A DNA stretch of 63,692 bases, counting the filler, from Octopus bimaculoides (taxonomy: Eukaryota): the NCBI RefSeq assembly GCF_001194135.2. It is 5 parts of 4 records of this genome, joined end to end, with 100 filler letters (N's around TTAATTAATTAA, not from the genome) between each part and the next. Parts side by side here need not be neighbours in the genome. Positions count along the whole stretch, not along the records: positions 59,515 to 63,692 come from NW_026423101.1; 4 more parts are not named here. One strand, 5' to 3'. The notes under the pieces are model-generated. The model made no database searches. It was not told the origin of the DNA and saw nothing but the letters and a program-made list of their open reading frames with translations. This document shows positions 62,315-63,692 of the stretch, piece after piece (positions within the stretch are counted from its first letter, which is position 1; every line of letters begins with the position of its first letter). Made by a program: the position numbers and the translations under genes.

Positions 62315-62532
62315 CGTGGGGTGCTGAAAAGTTCCTGGCTTTAAGGGTGTCGCGAAAGGCCTGATTGGAGATCCAACCCTTAGAGTTCTTTTACACGACT
62401 TAGAAAAACTGAGAAACGGCTGCAATAAGTGTGCGAATCCGAGAAAGGGAATATGTTGTACAAAATCATAATTAGCCGATCCTCCTGTATTTTCTTTTAC
62501 CCAAAGCTAGGAACTTTTCAGCACCGCCCTCG
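62315..62532. mobile_element. Mariner-type MITE
   Basis: CGTGGGGTGCTGAAAAGTTCCTGGCTTT ... AAAGCTAGGAACTTTTCAGCACCGCCCTCG|TA imperfect TIRs of about 28-30 bp. Confidence 0.8.
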
Positions 62533-62649
62533 TATATCCACTCAAAAGTGGATTACCCTTAAGCGCAGAAAAAGTTTTATATACTAATCCATTGTTCAGG
62601 AACGTAATATTTAAAACTATTTTTTGTTGAGATGTCTCGTTCAAGGCAA

Positions 62650-62790
62650 CGTGACCTGCAGTGGTAAGAAGCTACAAAGAAAGAGGAACAGCAGGTCTTT
62701 ACAAAAGAAACCCTCTTCAGGCAAAGCGTTCCAGCCCTTAACTATACTTTTAGGGAGCCAGGCCGCATCCAGGTCATGACACCTAGGTGC
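62650..62790 (-). mobile_element. Probable CR1/L2-type LINE 3' fragment
   Basis: Minus-strand WLPKSIVKGWNALPEE resembles the R....WN.LP..V motif at the end of CR1/L2 RT. Confidence 0.4.
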
Positions 62791-63692
62791 CCCTCTGCTG
62801 ACATTTTTTAACCACCTGGAAATCGAAGACTTGTGCATTTAAAGTCTCCGATGTCGAGTCGAGGCTGATAGTATTTTTCTGAGTTAATCAGAAGACAGTT
62901 TGTTCGCATGTTGTAATTGTTAATAGATCTGTGTACACTGGCAAGTTATTTAAGCAAGCCCGATCGCCTCAGTCTCATCTAATCTTGATATTTAGAGTTT
63001 ACAACAGCGTGCTTGTGACTGATATTTCAGCTCTCCTGGACTAACTGCCATTTTGGAAAACAAATAATTTCAGATTTGGAGTAGGACCGAACTTGGAACT
63101 CTGTTTAAAACATTTCGGAATGCATTTCGTCCAAACATATGTACGTAACCAATCATTTAACCAAATGAATACAAGTTAGGCTGTGGTTGGGCAATCGAAT
63201 ATACAACTTTGTAGTTCCGTTATTTTTATGTTAGTGGAAGGAATGACACCCACTACAATGAGATGCATCTGCGAAGTATTTTGACTTATTTCAGTTGCAA
63301 GATCGGTCTGCTAACCTTGGCTTAACAGAGCAATCTAGACAGTCTTAGAATTTTAAAGCTTCGTAGTAGTTAAATCCGATATAGGGTTATGGTAAAAGGG
63401 GAATTGCCAATTAATAGTTATACTGGAGTAGAACATGAAGTTACAAAAACGACGACCTTTTTTTTTTTTTTCTGCGCGCGTGCGTGCGTGCGTGCGTGCG
63501 TGTGTGTAAGAGCTCGCTCTAGATTAGCATAATATTTAAGAGGTGGGGTACTTACAGAGGTATAATTGGATAGACTTAATCACCAGAAGGCTTTAATCAC
63601 TGGAAGAATAAAAATTTTAATCACTGCCATTTATAACGAGAAAATGTTAAAATTTAAAAATTTTCTTTTAAAAACTAAAAATTCTAATCTTT

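Overview
Eukaryotic, very AT- and microsatellite-rich, gap-ridden draft sequence. The repeat families and intron sizes look like a coleoid cephalopod (Octopus), which is my inference, not a database match. It is not one contiguous locus: four identical 100-bp artificial spacers (44 N + TTAATTAATTAA + 44 N) split it into five segments (1-15849, 15950-31292, 31393-51117, 51218-59414, 59515-63692), so adjacency across them is meaningless. Host-gene content is small: the first two coding exons of an oxalate:formate-antiporter-like MFS transporter (9080-9188, 15376-15565, +) and one 66-nt internal exon of TMEM135 (25199-25264, +). The rest is intronic or intergenic DNA with tRNA-derived SINEs, RTE, HERO/R4-like, CRE-like, CR1/L2 and Penelope-like retroelement fragments, mariner/piggyBac/hAT-type MITEs, a pseudogenised zinc-knuckle ORF1, and microsatellites. 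Almost all ORFs in the supplied track are microsatellite or N-run artefacts. The most interesting signals are four minimal type-I hammerhead-ribozyme motifs in Penelope-like short repeats (two with a non-canonical U at core position 6; three with a conserved downstream sequence able to invade stem II), a 58-bp-arm near-perfect hairpin, and RTE 3' ends carrying variable-number tandem arrays. No CRISPR array, rRNA or true tRNA gene is supported. Repeat boundaries are approximate unless TIRs or TSDs are stated.
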